From: a virus | Lineage: Duplodnaviria > Caudoviricetes | Strand: one strand, 5' to 3' | Length of the DNA: 64,000 nucleotides | IMG/VR virus record: IMGVR_UViG_3300047159_000056 | Location: 143,397 to 207,396 of that record | Shown: in pieces, positions 11,425 through 21,954 of the stretch | How positions within the stretch are numbered: position 1 is the stretch's first letter | Layout: every line of letters starts with the position of its first letter | The notes under the pieces: generated by a model | What the model saw: only the letters and a program-made list of their open reading frames with translations | What the model was told of the DNA's origin: nothing | Database searches by the model: none | Translations under genes and position numbers: made by a program

Positions 11425-12111
11425 TTAACCAACCTCTACTATATAAATGGGATAGCCAGACTTAATAAATGAATTAGCAATCTCTGATACTAGATCTGAA
11501 TCATTTGTCTTTCCTCCCGATATGGTAGATACAACTATTTCATTGAATTTATCTGACGTGGTATTTGTTTTAATCGCTCCATTAGGTACATTCTTAGAAA
11601 TTTTGTCAGTTAATGTTTTTAGTTTATAGTCATTTACAGTATTAATTAAGATCTTTAGGTCATTACTGTATTTATAGATAGCAATGCATACCTTCGTCTT
11701 AAGTTCAGATGCAGCCTTGGGATCTCTTGTAAAATCAATTCCTTCTCTGAATCCTTTTCTCTTAAGATCTGAGATAATTTCTTTCATCATTCTATTATCT
11801 ACAGTAGTTGACCTATTGAACTTTTCATTAATATCTCTAACAGCACCACATAAAGCTCCTAATGCTGCTCCAAGGATTAATCCACCACCAGTGATAGCTA
11901 AAGATCTACGATTAAATCCTCCGCCCATTTGATCATTCTTCTCATTAGAATCTGTCTTTAGGTACTTACTGAGGAATGGTATCTTATCACCAAGACTAGT
12001 ATGACCTAGGACAGCAGAAGATAATGCTCCTGTAGCTGCACCAATCTTAGCCCCATTTAATGTATCAGAGATAATATGACTACTAAATTCTTTTGCTCTA
12101 AATTTAATCAT
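11425..12111 (-). CDS. Leader-family glycine-zipper membrane protein (MIKFRAKEFS)
   Basis: GAKIGAATGA and GGGLILGAALGALCGA segments. Confidence 0.65.
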   Translation of the reverse strand: MIKFRAKEFSSHIISDTLNGAKIGAATGALSSAVLGHTSLGDKIPFLSKYLKTDSNEKNDQMGGGFNRRSLAITGGGLILGAALGALCGAVRDINEKFNRSTTVDNRMMKEIISDLKRKGFREGIDFTRDPKAASELKTKVCIAIYKYSNDLKILINTVNDYKLKTLTDKISKNVPNGAIKTNTTSDKFNEIVVSTISGGKTNDSDLVSEIANSFIKSGYPIYIVEVG

Positions 12112-12129
12112 AGTCTTTTATACTAGGTA

Positions 12130-12369
12130 TTAAGGATTGGTTGTTGTAGTACCTGATCCTGTTGTTTCTGCTTTAGTTGTACCAATCATAGATACAGTAC
12201 CATTGTTATTCTGCTCTTTAACAGCTACGTCAAGAATATCAGAAATAACTTCATCATTGTTTACATCTTCCACAGTAGCAGAAACGATTGCATCATTAAC
12301 AGTAGTAGTTGCAGTTCCACCAACAATGTAATACTTCTCTTCGTCGGCGGTTAAACTTCTATTTTCCAT
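12130..12369 (-). CDS. Small Thr-rich hypothetical protein
   Basis: ORF in the operon orientation. Confidence 0.55.
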   Translation of the reverse strand: MENRSLTADEEKYYIVGGTATTTVNDAIVSATVEDVNNDEVISDILDVAVKEQNNNGTVSMIGTTKAETTGSGTTTTNP

Positions 12370-12386
12370 AATAGTTTATATTTTAT

Positions 12387-12767
12387 TTAGTTATTATCAT
12401 TACCAATTCTTCTATGTCTACCTAAGAAACTAGAATTCTTCTTTTTCTTTGGTTGCTGAACTGGCTCCTCTACATGATTTTTATTGAAATTATCCATTGA
12501 AGAACTAACTCTATTCATTGTAGATGATGTATTCTGTAATTCATTAGTTAGTTTATTCATGGCATCCAACTGCTTATCTTGATAAATTTTATCACTTGCT
12601 TTTTTGTGCTTGGCATCTAGATAGTAAGCTGTTGATAAACCTAAAGAACCCATACCCATAATAGGAGTACCATATTCTTTAAAGGCTCCCCAACCTTTTT
12701 TTAATCCGCCCTGTACCTTTTTACCAATAATAGCGGCTGAGAATTCTTTTGCTCTGAACCTTATCAT
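12387..12767 (-). CDS. Leader-family protein (MIRFRAKEFS)
   Basis: Leader, then a hydrophobic Gly-rich helix and a coiled coil. Confidence 0.65.
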   Translation of the reverse strand: MIRFRAKEFSAAIIGKKVQGGLKKGWGAFKEYGTPIMGMGSLGLSTAYYLDAKHKKASDKIYQDKQLDAMNKLTNELQNTSSTMNRVSSSMDNFNKNHVEEPVQQPKKKKNSSFLGRHRRIGNDNN

Positions 12768-12785
12768 AATTCTTTGCTTTTGAGA

Positions 12786-13202
12786 TTAATAGGAGTATCC
12801 ATCTCTATTAACCATATTATTTACCCAGTCTTTTCTTTCTCTTCTACCAGCTTGTCTCTTAGCATATGCTAGTCTACTATTAAAGAAATTATTTTCCTGA
12901 GCTTGTTTTCTGCCTTTCAAGTAGGATAGGCCTGCACCAATACCTGCACCTAAGAGAGCTCCCTTCTTAGAACCTAGGAGCATGCCTTTACCAATACCTC
13001 CACCAGCTTTTGAAAATCCTCCCAATACTGTACCAACTGCGGCACCACCTAGAGTACCAGTTATAGCACTTCCGGCAATATCTCCATAATTATGTGTTGG
13101 CCTTTTCTGAGTAGCTAAGATATCGGCATCTTTCATTCTCTTGAGATTGTCTGTATCATCCCATTGAGTAAATATTTTCCTTTTTAAAGTATATTTTGCC
13201 AT
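12786..13202 (-). CDS. Leader-family glycine-zipper protein (MAKYTLKRKIFT)
   Basis: GTLGGAAVGTVLGG and GALLGAGIGAG segments. Confidence 0.65.
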   Translation of the reverse strand: MAKYTLKRKIFTQWDDTDNLKRMKDADILATQKRPTHNYGDIAGSAITGTLGGAAVGTVLGGFSKAGGGIGKGMLLGSKKGALLGAGIGAGLSYLKGRKQAQENNFFNSRLAYAKRQAGRRERKDWVNNMVNRDGYSY

Positions 13203-13216
13203 AATTATTTACTTAG

Positions 13217-14452
13217 TTATTGAATAGGAGGTTGATAGTATTGCTGCATATCTTGTTGCTGCTGTTGAACTTGTTTATCTTTAAAGTCTTGATACTTGAA
13301 TGCATTAGGATCAATTGCTCTAGTAGCCTTATCCATAGCCTTCTGTCCGCCTTCCCATCCTACTTTCATCATACCCATACCAACAGGAATAGAAGCAGCC
13401 AAGGCAATCTTAGAAGGCTGAACAACTCCATTCTTATCCAGGAAAGTCATTTTCTTAGCCATAGCCTGTGTCCAACTAGATTTTCCATGTAGTTTAAGAT
13501 CTTCAGCAACTGCTTTTACCCCGGCCTTTCCACCTCCCATTGAAAGGTTGGATGCCGTTCCAAGAAGTGTTTGCGCAGGATGATCTCTAAATGTTTTAAA
13601 TCCACTTTTTGTAGCATTCCAGGCAGCCGATGCTCCCTTTTTTATATTTGCTGGTCCATTTTTAAAGAAATTACTAGCTACTGATTTTATTCCATTCATT
13701 CTAACTAGCCTCATTACTGATGCAGGACTAGCATACTGTTTCTGCTGAGGACCACTAATACCGCTAAGAACTGAGCCCACTTGCTGATCTGGTAATTCTG
13801 TGCTGGCTAATTGATCTTTTATAGCTCTCTTGTCAGCTTTATATGCCATTACAGCAGGAATTGCAGTTAAACCACCAAAAGCTAGAGTCGAAGTCATATT
13901 ATTTTTTATAGCTCTTCTTCCAACTTTTAGCCCTCTCCTAGTTGTATCTCCCATAAGTGATGCAAGAGAATATGATTTAGTTCCCGGTTGACTTTGATCT
14001 TCGCCAGTCATAACATCTGTAAGACCACTTTTCTTCATATCATGCTGTATATATTTATTGGCACCATAACCTGCTAATGACATTCCAGCACCAGATACTA
14101 AGAGCCCAGCCATTTTTCCTTTATGTCTACTAGCTAAACCAACCATATCCTTTACAAATAGTTTTCCATTCTTCAGGGTAGTTGGATTAATTAGACCATA
14201 AAATTTTTCGTGTGGTTTATTTTGCATAATATCTGGAATTTGTCCAACTGCGCTAGGATCTTTTCCAACCTTCTCGGCAATATTATCCAATCTTCTATTC
14301 TGTTCTTTCATAAGATCTGCTTGTCTACTTGCTTCTTCTGCATTTTGTTCATCTGATTTCTTTTGCTGAGCTACACCTAATAATGAACTACCAACTAAGG
14401 CACCATTTATTAGGAGAGGCAGGAAGAATATTTTTTGTCTGTACCTTATCAT
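13217..14452 (-). CDS. Leader-family putative polyprotein (MIRYRQKIFF; internal KFYG, KSYS, KQYA)
   Basis: Four modules, each a motif followed by a hydrophobic helix and a Q-rich linker. Confidence 0.6.
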   Translation of the reverse strand: MIRYRQKIFFLPLLINGALVGSSLLGVAQQKKSDEQNAEEASRQADLMKEQNRRLDNIAEKVGKDPSAVGQIPDIMQNKPHEKFYGLINPTTLKNGKLFVKDMVGLASRHKGKMAGLLVSGAGMSLAGYGANKYIQHDMKKSGLTDVMTGEDQSQPGTKSYSLASLMGDTTRRGLKVGRRAIKNNMTSTLAFGGLTAIPAVMAYKADKRAIKDQLASTELPDQQVGSVLSGISGPQQKQYASPASVMRLVRMNGIKSVASNFFKNGPANIKKGASAAWNATKSGFKTFRDHPAQTLLGTASNLSMGGGKAGVKAVAEDLKLHGKSSWTQAMAKKMTFLDKNGVVQPSKIALAASIPVGMGMMKVGWEGGQKAMDKATRAIDPNAFKYQDFKDKQVQQQQQDMQQYYQPPIQ

Positions 14453-14472
14453 ATATTTCCCTCCTATTTTAT

Positions 14473-14769
14473 TTAGCTCTGGAGAGAATCACTTGCAGAC
14501 TTTAGACCTTTACCTAATCCTCTTACAGCAGCACCTTCTACACCAGCACCAACTACACGTCCTAAGATTTCTCCTCCTGGAACACCTAGTCCTGATAGAG
14601 TCGATCCTATAAATCCACCTACTGGACCCATAGCACCGTGAGCTGCACCAGCAATAGCAGCAGGGGTAGAATCAAGAGCTTTGCCAACTCCTCCAGCTAC
14701 TCCACCTATTGTATTTTGAGCCGCCTCAGCAAATCCAAATGTTTTTCTTTTTAAATGATATGTTGCCAT
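14473..14769 (-). CDS. Leader-family Gly/Ala-rich protein (MATYHLKRKTFG)
   Basis: ORF with leader motif. Confidence 0.65.
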   Translation of the reverse strand: MATYHLKRKTFGFAEAAQNTIGGVAGGVGKALDSTPAAIAGAAHGAMGPVGGFIGSTLSGLGVPGGEILGRVVGAGVEGAAVRGLGKGLKSASDSLQS

Positions 14770-14771
14770 AA

Positions 14772-15002
14772 TTATTCTTTCAAATCATTTATGTTAATTC
14801 CTCTATTCATCATGGAATTCATATTTCTGACCTCTTTACCAATATCCCCTATTCTAGATAATTCACGATGAGAAGTTTTCATTCTACCAAGACGATCGAG
14901 GTCTGTATCATACTTTCTTCCCTTAATAAATCCAAACTGTGAACCAGCATTAGTATTTAATATCTGATTACTAGAATATTGTTTATTTCTTAAGATAATC
15001 AT
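14772..15002 (-). CDS. Leader-family small protein (MIILRNKQYS)
   Basis: ORF with leader motif. Confidence 0.65.
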   Translation of the reverse strand: MIILRNKQYSSNQILNTNAGSQFGFIKGRKYDTDLDRLGRMKTSHRELSRIGDIGKEVRNMNSMMNRGININDLKE

Positions 15003-15006
15003 TATT

Positions 15007-15651
15007 TTAATCCCCCAATAAATATATCTTATAGTTAAGCCCGAACGGTAATATATTAAGAGCAGCTATTGCATCTTGTATACTGTCAAACTCTAGCACT
15101 AATGATCTGCCAGGCTTATCATATTTTATTGCATCTCCTAAGAGTTTATGCACTGTCTTAGTTACATTGAAGTTTGGAGAGAATCTTGCGGAAGTAAATG
15201 GTGCCGGACCTTTCTTTTTATCATCAAAGCACTTAGTAGTAGGTCCATTAATAGACTCAGTTTCACTAAATTTCTTTCCACCCTTTCCTTGATTCTGGTT
15301 GTTATTATTATCCCCACCTGGAGCTTTCTTTGCAAACAATCCATTATCAATATTTAAAGATAGGTTACCAAGTCTTTCGTCATAATATTTACCAGGTAGT
15401 CTTACTTCATCTGGCATCTTAGCTCTTGCCCCAATCTTTAGATACATTCTGTATTTATCTTTTCCAAAGAAGGAAGTGCTAATTACAAAACGTTCTATTA
15501 CTATATTATTTCCTCTGAGTATAGGAATAAGAGAAGATTTATCTATAATAGGAAATCTCTGTTTATCATAATTTGTCAGCTTCATAAGTTCCACATATAG
15601 TGATCTCATAGCATCATACTCAGAAAATGTCTTTTCTCTAAATTTTATCAT
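15007..15651 (-). CDS. Leader-family protein (MIKFREKTFS)
   Basis: ORF with leader motif and internal KKFS. Confidence 0.65.
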   Translation of the reverse strand: MIKFREKTFSEYDAMRSLYVELMKLTNYDKQRFPIIDKSSLIPILRGNNIVIERFVISTSFFGKDKYRMYLKIGARAKMPDEVRLPGKYYDERLGNLSLNIDNGLFAKKAPGGDNNNNQNQGKGGKKFSETESINGPTTKCFDDKKKGPAPFTSARFSPNFNVTKTVHKLLGDAIKYDKPGRSLVLEFDSIQDAIAALNILPFGLNYKIYLLGD

Positions 15652-16021
15652 AAACTAATGATAAGTTAAAATGTGGATTCAAACCTAAGATCTCTATAAT
15701 ATCTAGAGCTATTCCTATGAAGTCTGTTTCCGCTGTTATTATTCTTTTGGAAGTATCAATATCAGTTATTCTCATTCTGAATTTCTCGGTAAGTAATTTT
15801 TTTACATACCCGTATACCTCTTTGCTCTGAAGCTTTATCTGATAGTATCCCTTTCCTGTCTTAATAAACGATAATAATACCATTGCCTTAGAATTTAGTT
15901 TACTAGTCTTGTCAGCTTCATCTAGAGATATCTTATTATAACCTATTCTCTCGTCATCCAGTCTTTTAATAGCTTCTGGCATTAGATCTTCCTCAAGAGT
16001 TTTTGGTCTAAATTTAATCAT
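15638..16021 (-). CDS. Hypothetical protein with variant leader (MIKFRPKTL)
   Basis: ORF overlapping both neighbours. Confidence 0.6.
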   Translation of the reverse strand: MIKFRPKTLEEDLMPEAIKRLDDERIGYNKISLDEADKTSKLNSKAMVLLSFIKTGKGYYQIKLQSKEVYGYVKKLLTEKFRMRITDIDTSKRIITAETDFIGIALDIIEILGLNPHFNLSLVYDKI

Positions 16022-17154
16022 TTGCTTTTTAATATCTGGTTATCTTCAACCTTATTTTTTCCACTTATATCTTCACTATCAAGCTCTAGATTTATTTCCT
16101 TTAAGAACTCATATCTAGAATCTTTGACCTCATAAAAATTAAGCTCACACCTAAATTGACATTGATGAGCGAAATTAGCACTATCATCTTGTTGATAGCT
16201 ATTTCCATTCTCAAAATTATCAGTAAGATTAAACCACTTAACTGCAGCAGTCCATCTTTCTCCATACCGATCTGTAGTCTTAAACTCTACTAGATTTGTT
16301 AAAAGATCTACATTGGAATATTTATTTTTAAAATCATGAAACAAAACCATATCAGGAGTATGTAATGTAAAATCTACTCCTTGCCTATGAGATATTATTC
16401 CATTCTCAGTATCACGTCTTTTAGGGTGGGAATATAAGATTGGTGTTTGATTAAATTGGTATGTTATATAAGATGTTTTTACCAGTGAAACCTCTTTATT
16501 AAGTCTAACTAGCTCTACGCCATAATCATCAAGAATTCTTCTCATTTCAAGAATAAACTGATCTTGATAATCAACCTCTCTTATAACATAGTCATTATAT
16601 CGTTTTCTAAGAGTATAAACTGTCTCGGAATTAGAATCTAGATCTATATCATAGTCAATTATAATTTTAGGGAAGTTTCTTATTTCATAACCAACCGGCA
16701 TTTTTCCAACTGGTTGTAAGAATAAAAGATTTCCCGAATAGAATAGAAAGTTTATAAATTTTGGATCTTTATAATCTTTCACATTCACTACAATTACAGT
16801 TCTAGAATAACTTTGTACTACTCTTGATTCGGAGTCTGATACTATAACAATATTTATAACATGGGAATCCCTTGTTAACCTTCTTAGCTTAAATCCATTA
16901 AGGGTTACTGTTGTAGTCTTAAATTTATCAGCTATAGATCCCGTAGGTTCCATTTCTAATCCATCGTTTCCAACAGTAGGTATTCCTAGGGCAACTGATA
17001 GAGACTTCGCAGTGCTTCCAGCTACATACGTAAGTGTCAAGCAAGAAGTTTTTGTATCTTCAACAATAGAATTAGTAGAACCTTCATTAACCTGAAAATA
17101 TCTACACTTGGTCGTTCTTAATCGAAGACCTCTATAAATTACCTCGTTATTCAT
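16018..17154 (-). CDS. Putative structural protein (possibly tail terminator-like)
   Basis: 378 aa; context only. Confidence 0.4.
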   Translation of the reverse strand: MNNEVIYRGLRLRTTKCRYFQVNEGSTNSIVEDTKTSCLTLTYVAGSTAKSLSVALGIPTVGNDGLEMEPTGSIADKFKTTTVTLNGFKLRRLTRDSHVINIVIVSDSESRVVQSYSRTVIVVNVKDYKDPKFINFLFYSGNLLFLQPVGKMPVGYEIRNFPKIIIDYDIDLDSNSETVYTLRKRYNDYVIREVDYQDQFILEMRRILDDYGVELVRLNKEVSLVKTSYITYQFNQTPILYSHPKRRDTENGIISHRQGVDFTLHTPDMVLFHDFKNKYSNVDLLTNLVEFKTTDRYGERWTAAVKWFNLTDNFENGNSYQQDDSANFAHQCQFRCELNFYEVKDSRYEFLKEINLELDSEDISGKNKVEDNQILKSK

Positions 17155-17529
17155 TTATTTAGTAAATCTATTAAGCATTCTCTTTCCAACTTTTTCTGCT
17201 CTAGAAGCTAATTGATTAGAGGTCAATGCAGTCTTTCCCTTAGATACTAAATAATTATTCAAATTATTAGCTGAAGCTTTTCCATATTTTTCCGCTCCGG
17301 ATAATACCATATTTCCAGATTTTAGTGCTCTACCAGCTCCCATCCAGGCTTTGTTTGCTCCCATGGCTGCCTTTGCTCCAAACACTCCGTTTCTAGCTCC
17401 AGCTACTGCTAATGCTGCTGTACCCAGGGCTCCTGCTCCAATAGCTAATTTCTTACCAAGCCCCATACCTTGTTTAGGCTGTTGATCGTCATCACTATAG
17501 GTTTTTCTTTTTAAAATATATGTTGCCAT
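17155..17529 (-). CDS. Leader-family protein (MATYILKRKTYS)
   Basis: Leader followed by the LAIGAGALGTAALAVAG helix. Confidence 0.65.
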   Translation of the reverse strand: MATYILKRKTYSDDDQQPKQGMGLGKKLAIGAGALGTAALAVAGARNGVFGAKAAMGANKAWMGAGRALKSGNMVLSGAEKYGKASANNLNNYLVSKGKTALTSNQLASRAEKVGKRMLNRFTK

Positions 17530-17545
17530 AATTTAGTATATCCTT

Positions 17546-17782
17546 TTAATATCCTTCACCATTTTCCTTACCCATATCACCGGTAGCTACATCCTTAAGA
17601 GTACTACCAGCCTTTACAGCTCCAATACCTAATCCAGCTGCAGCGGTTGCACCAGTTGCTCCTGCTATAAGCTTTGTTTTGGATATTCCAGCTAGAGCAT
17701 TTTCTCCTTTAGCTGCACTAGAGCCCATTTTAAACAAGCTAGCAAGTCCAAATGTTTTTCTCTTTAATGTATATGTTGCCAT
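17546..17782 (-). CDS. Leader-family protein (MATYTLKRKTFG)
   Basis: Leader followed by an Ala/Gly helix. Confidence 0.65.
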   Translation of the reverse strand: MATYTLKRKTFGLASLFKMGSSAAKGENALAGISKTKLIAGATGATAAAGLGIGAVKAGSTLKDVATGDMGKENGEGY

Positions 17783-17919
17783 CTTTTTATATATATTTTA
17801 TAAAAGAAGAGGAACTCACTCAAGGCCTTTTATAACCTTAAGAGAATCCCTCTGTTTTATATTACTATCCTTTTATTGCTTAAGGAATGACTATAAGAGT
17901 TTATAAGTCATTCAAAGGA

Positions 17920-19374
17920 TTAGAGTCCAATCTTGAAGGTAACTTTCTGTACCAACTCAGGAGCCATAGTGCGAACACCTTCCTGATAGTAGATACCAGA
18001 AGCCATCTGTGTAGGATTGCTGTAGTTACCAATAGTTGGAGTATCTGTCAAAGGCATATAAATACCACGTGCAAGAGGAGCCATCTGACCGTCAGCAGTC
18101 TTGTGAATAGCATAGAATGTACCTTCACCGGTTGCTTCAGTGATATCAGTTGAACGGAGAACTGGAACACCATCATACCAACCTAAGAGGTCATTGATGT
18201 ATGTCATCTTCGTATTCTTCTCAAATTTACCAATCATTCCACCTTTCTGGAACTGGTTAGAAGCTGCGTTACCTGCAACATAAGCTGTAGTATTGACACC
18301 CTTAACAGCCTTTGTAGCAAGAGCTGTTTCAACATCAATCAGGTATGCATCAAACATATCAATTCTAGAACGATAATCCATGAACTGTTTTGTTAGACCA
18401 GTACTAGCTGTGCTAAGGTCAAGGTCAGTCATAGTAGTTCCATGAGCCTCTGTATAACCATTCTCCAAAGTAGTAACAAGACGATAGTTAATCATCTTTG
18501 TATACAACTCACGTAGTTTGGTGAACAGGAATGTAGCCATATCAGAACCAGTGGCTTTCTTCATTGCACCGAGAGCAGCGATATTGTACTCAGCTACCAA
18601 CATATCGGGTACTGTAGACAAACCAATCTGTTGCATCTTAGCAATAAATCTCTTATCATTTGCATGTGCATTTGCAGATCCAGTTGTACAGCTAGGTGTA
18701 CCTGTAACATCCTCTTTACCTACAATAGTAATAGACTCTTTCGTAGCATCACCAGTCAAAGCTGTGCTAAGAGAGAATGTAATCTTACCATTCAGGTAGT
18801 TTACTTCAGAAGATTTCAGTTTACCAGCAACAGCCATGAATGTTCCCTGACCGTTATCAATCAGTTCATAAGATTCGGTTGCATTCTTAATCTTAATACG
18901 CAATGAACCTGGGATCAATTTACGACCAACTAGTGAGTTATAATCAGCTGTAGCAGCCGGAGTGATTTCAAGTTCAAATCCACCCATAGAGTTAATATCC
19001 TGGTAGCTATCTGCACCAAGGTTAGGAATAACTGGACGTAGATCCGTTACACCAAGAACGTCAAACCAATAGAACAAACCATTAGGCTGATCAAAGTCAC
19101 GTTCAATTGACATATAACCTGCAAAAGAGCTTACATAAGAAGCAACTGATGCATTAAAATATTGAGTACTCAAAAGCGGAGTCTCTGCATAACCAGAGAA
19201 CAATTTCTGCTGTAGATTGCTCTGTGTACCAAATACGTCTCTCATATCTTCATTACGTGAGAACATTTTGACATATTCGTTCGCACGCATCTTAGCATCT
19301 GTATCAGACACTGAACTTCCACGCAAAGCCTGTTGCATTGCGGTATTCTGTGAAATAAGCTGTGAATAATCCAT
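17920..19374 (-). CDS. Major capsid protein (HK97 fold, T4 gp23-like)
   Basis: 484 aa directly after scaffold and protease; QPNGLFYWF and LARGIYMPL blocks resemble gp23; biased codon usage; followed by a terminator-like hairpin. Confidence 0.8.
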   Translation of the reverse strand: MDYSQLISQNTAMQQALRGSSVSDTDAKMRANEYVKMFSRNEDMRDVFGTQSNLQQKLFSGYAETPLLSTQYFNASVASYVSSFAGYMSIERDFDQPNGLFYWFDVLGVTDLRPVIPNLGADSYQDINSMGGFELEITPAATADYNSLVGRKLIPGSLRIKIKNATESYELIDNGQGTFMAVAGKLKSSEVNYLNGKITFSLSTALTGDATKESITIVGKEDVTGTPSCTTGSANAHANDKRFIAKMQQIGLSTVPDMLVAEYNIAALGAMKKATGSDMATFLFTKLRELYTKMINYRLVTTLENGYTEAHGTTMTDLDLSTASTGLTKQFMDYRSRIDMFDAYLIDVETALATKAVKGVNTTAYVAGNAASNQFQKGGMIGKFEKNTKMTYINDLLGWYDGVPVLRSTDITEATGEGTFYAIHKTADGQMAPLARGIYMPLTDTPTIGNYSNPTQMASGIYYQEGVRTMAPELVQKVTFKIGL

Positions 19375-19397
19375 TTTATCTTATTATTTATTTTTTA

Positions 19398-21944
19398 TTA
19401 TTTTAACTCTCCAAGCCAAGATACTAGGGTATCTGCGGAGTTTTCGTTGTCGCTGAATGTTCTTTCTTCAGCTTCATAATCATAATCAGAGAATGTTGCT
19501 TCCTGAAGGTCGGGTTCTGCACTAGCTGCTGGAGCTGCTTTAGCCTCTGCAATAGTTGCTGCTGCATCTGCTGCGGCTGCTTGGATACCCTGGATAGCTG
19601 CTTCTGCTTTATCCTCTGCCTCTTCAACAGTAGGAGCTACAGGAACTGCTGCTACCTGACCAGTTGTAGGATCTACCTGAACTGGAACTTCATTACCTTG
19701 CTCGTTCTGAACTGTAGGAACTGCTGCCTGTGCTGGAACCTGTCCGGGAGCTGCTGGAGCAACCTGATTCATTGCAATGTCTGCAAAGAATTTATCAAGT
19801 ACTCTATCATCTGAATAAGAGAATTTCTTATCCTCATCCTTTTCATTATCCTCTACAGCAAGACCATCTGTTAGTTCGTCTGCCTCATCCTCATCAATCT
19901 TATCAACTGACATCTCATCTTCGTTGTCAATTGTAGCCTTAGTAAATTCACCATTAGCCTTATCTTCAATAACGGCAGTCTTAGCATCAACAGGAGTAAT
20001 AACTTCACTCTCGTTTTCAATCTGATCACCTGAAGCAATAGCATCTTCAATTTCATCCTGATCGGCCTCTTCACTAAATAGTCTCAGCATATAGTCTGTA
20101 AACTCTTCATTCTCTGAGAAGAACTTAGTTTCTGCTTCATCAGTATAAATTTCTGAACACTCTTTCTCTTCAGCATCTTCTTCACCCTCTGCAGGTGCTT
20201 CATCTAGATCTTCTTCGTTATCTTCAACGGCTAGATCTTCAGTCAGATTATCTGCTTCATCTTCGCTAATTGGATGTAGATTAATAGTATCTTCATCTGT
20301 TATAGTAGCTTTCGTAAATTCACCATTAGCCTTATCCTCTACCACTGCAGTCTTAGAATCAACTGGAGTAATAACCTCTGTGTCATTCTCTACTTGATCA
20401 CCTTCTTCAATAGCAGATTCAATTTCATTCTGGTCAGACACGTCACTATAAACTCTAACCATGTAGTCAGTGAATTCCTCGTTTTCAGAGAAGAATCTTG
20501 TTTCTGAATCATCCGTATAAATTTCAGAACATTCTTTCTCTTCCTCGTCTCCCTCATCTTCTACTTCGTCTTCGTCATCTTCTGACTCATCTTCATCTTT
20601 ACCATCACCAGCTGTAGCACCAGGAGCATCAGCAGCCATTGTCTTCTTAATATTACTTTCATCCTCAATAACACTCAAGTCTTCTGTAATATCTTTAGCT
20701 TCCTCTGGACTGATCTTCTCAAGTTTTACATCCTCGTTGGTAAGAGTAGCTTTTGTAGTCTCACCAGTATTTTTATCTTCAATTACTGCATTTTGTGCAT
20801 CAACCGGAGTGATAACCTCATCGTCTGTTTCAATTTGGTCACCATTATCGATTGCATCTGAGATAGTGTCTTGCATTTCAGATACACCATCTACTGTTTC
20901 TGAGAACATTCTGCACATATAGTCAGTGTTATCATCTACGTAGGATGTAAAGAATACATCATGATCTGAATATTCTGCCTGTACCGGCTCTTCAACATCA
21001 CCTTCTTTTACGCCCAGACCATTTAGAAGATTAATGGCATAATCACGAGCCTCTTCCTGATTATCAAAAATCTGTACGGCATCTACACCATCTTCTGTTA
21101 ACTGCTGAGCAAGTTCGTCTGCTGATTCCTGTGAATATTCTGGAGCATCTACAATAACATGATCTATTGTGTCAACACCTACTACGAATAGAGGCATAAA
21201 CTGTTCGTCATTGCTAAATGTCTTAGAATCTAGTTCTGTAACATTCATATTTTCGTTATCTAATTCAACCTTAGCCTGGTCACCAGTTGTCTCGTCTGTT
21301 ACAACTACTGCATTGTCCTCGTCACCGACCTTTTCAATTTTTAGATCACCAACTTTTGCTGTATCCTCACTCTCAATAACTTCTGAGAAGATTCTTTCAC
21401 AAAATTCCTGATCTGAGAAAATTCTTTGTACTACAGTATTGTCTGTACTAACTGAGAATTCCTTTTCTCCCTCGTCACCACATGTACAAGGCTCATTTCC
21501 ACACTCTGGACATGGCTCTTCCATTTCAGCAACTTTACGTTCGTGGCCAGCACTTGGATTTAGTCCACCATCTTCTAGGTTTGGAGAGATAACACTCCCA
21601 TTACTAAAATGATTCTTAACGTTTTCATCACTTGCACCTACCTGATTACCAACTTTAATACTACCATCTACTACTGACGGATGGAGAAATTTTTCCAACT
21701 GACCATCCGGAACAGCGATAAGATCATAAGTATCAGCTGCATCAGAAGCCGCTTGTGCTATCGTTACTTCACCATTTTCTTTATCTGTAATAGCAACATT
21801 GCCATCACCTACATGTTTATAATTAACTTCATCAGTATCAACTTCACCATTATCCTGTGCGGACTTGATGTCATTGTCTACCTGATCTGCCAGTTCCTCA
21901 TCATTGTTTGAGAACATGACTTGCATGAATCTAGTAGTTTTCAC
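19398..21944 (-). CDS. Acidic scaffolding/prohead core protein with internal repeats
   Basis: 848 aa, very D/E-rich; triplicated GDQ.E...EVITPVD...A..EDK..GE.TKAT domain; many xFS motifs; lies just upstream of the capsid gene. Confidence 0.7.
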   Translation of the reverse strand: MKTTRFMQVMFSNNDEELADQVDNDIKSAQDNGEVDTDEVNYKHVGDGNVAITDKENGEVTIAQAASDAADTYDLIAVPDGQLEKFLHPSVVDGSIKVGNQVGASDENVKNHFSNGSVISPNLEDGGLNPSAGHERKVAEMEEPCPECGNEPCTCGDEGEKEFSVSTDNTVVQRIFSDQEFCERIFSEVIESEDTAKVGDLKIEKVGDEDNAVVVTDETTGDQAKVELDNENMNVTELDSKTFSNDEQFMPLFVVGVDTIDHVIVDAPEYSQESADELAQQLTEDGVDAVQIFDNQEEARDYAINLLNGLGVKEGDVEEPVQAEYSDHDVFFTSYVDDNTDYMCRMFSETVDGVSEMQDTISDAIDNGDQIETDDEVITPVDAQNAVIEDKNTGETTKATLTNEDVKLEKISPEEAKDITEDLSVIEDESNIKKTMAADAPGATAGDGKDEDESEDDEDEVEDEGDEEEKECSEIYTDDSETRFFSENEEFTDYMVRVYSDVSDQNEIESAIEEGDQVENDTEVITPVDSKTAVVEDKANGEFTKATITDEDTINLHPISEDEADNLTEDLAVEDNEEDLDEAPAEGEEDAEEKECSEIYTDEAETKFFSENEEFTDYMLRLFSEEADQDEIEDAIASGDQIENESEVITPVDAKTAVIEDKANGEFTKATIDNEDEMSVDKIDEDEADELTDGLAVEDNEKDEDKKFSYSDDRVLDKFFADIAMNQVAPAAPGQVPAQAAVPTVQNEQGNEVPVQVDPTTGQVAAVPVAPTVEEAEDKAEAAIQGIQAAAADAAATIAEAKAAPAASAEPDLQEATFSDYDYEAEERTFSDNENSADTLVSWLGELK

Positions 21945-21954
21945 GTTTGTTATT

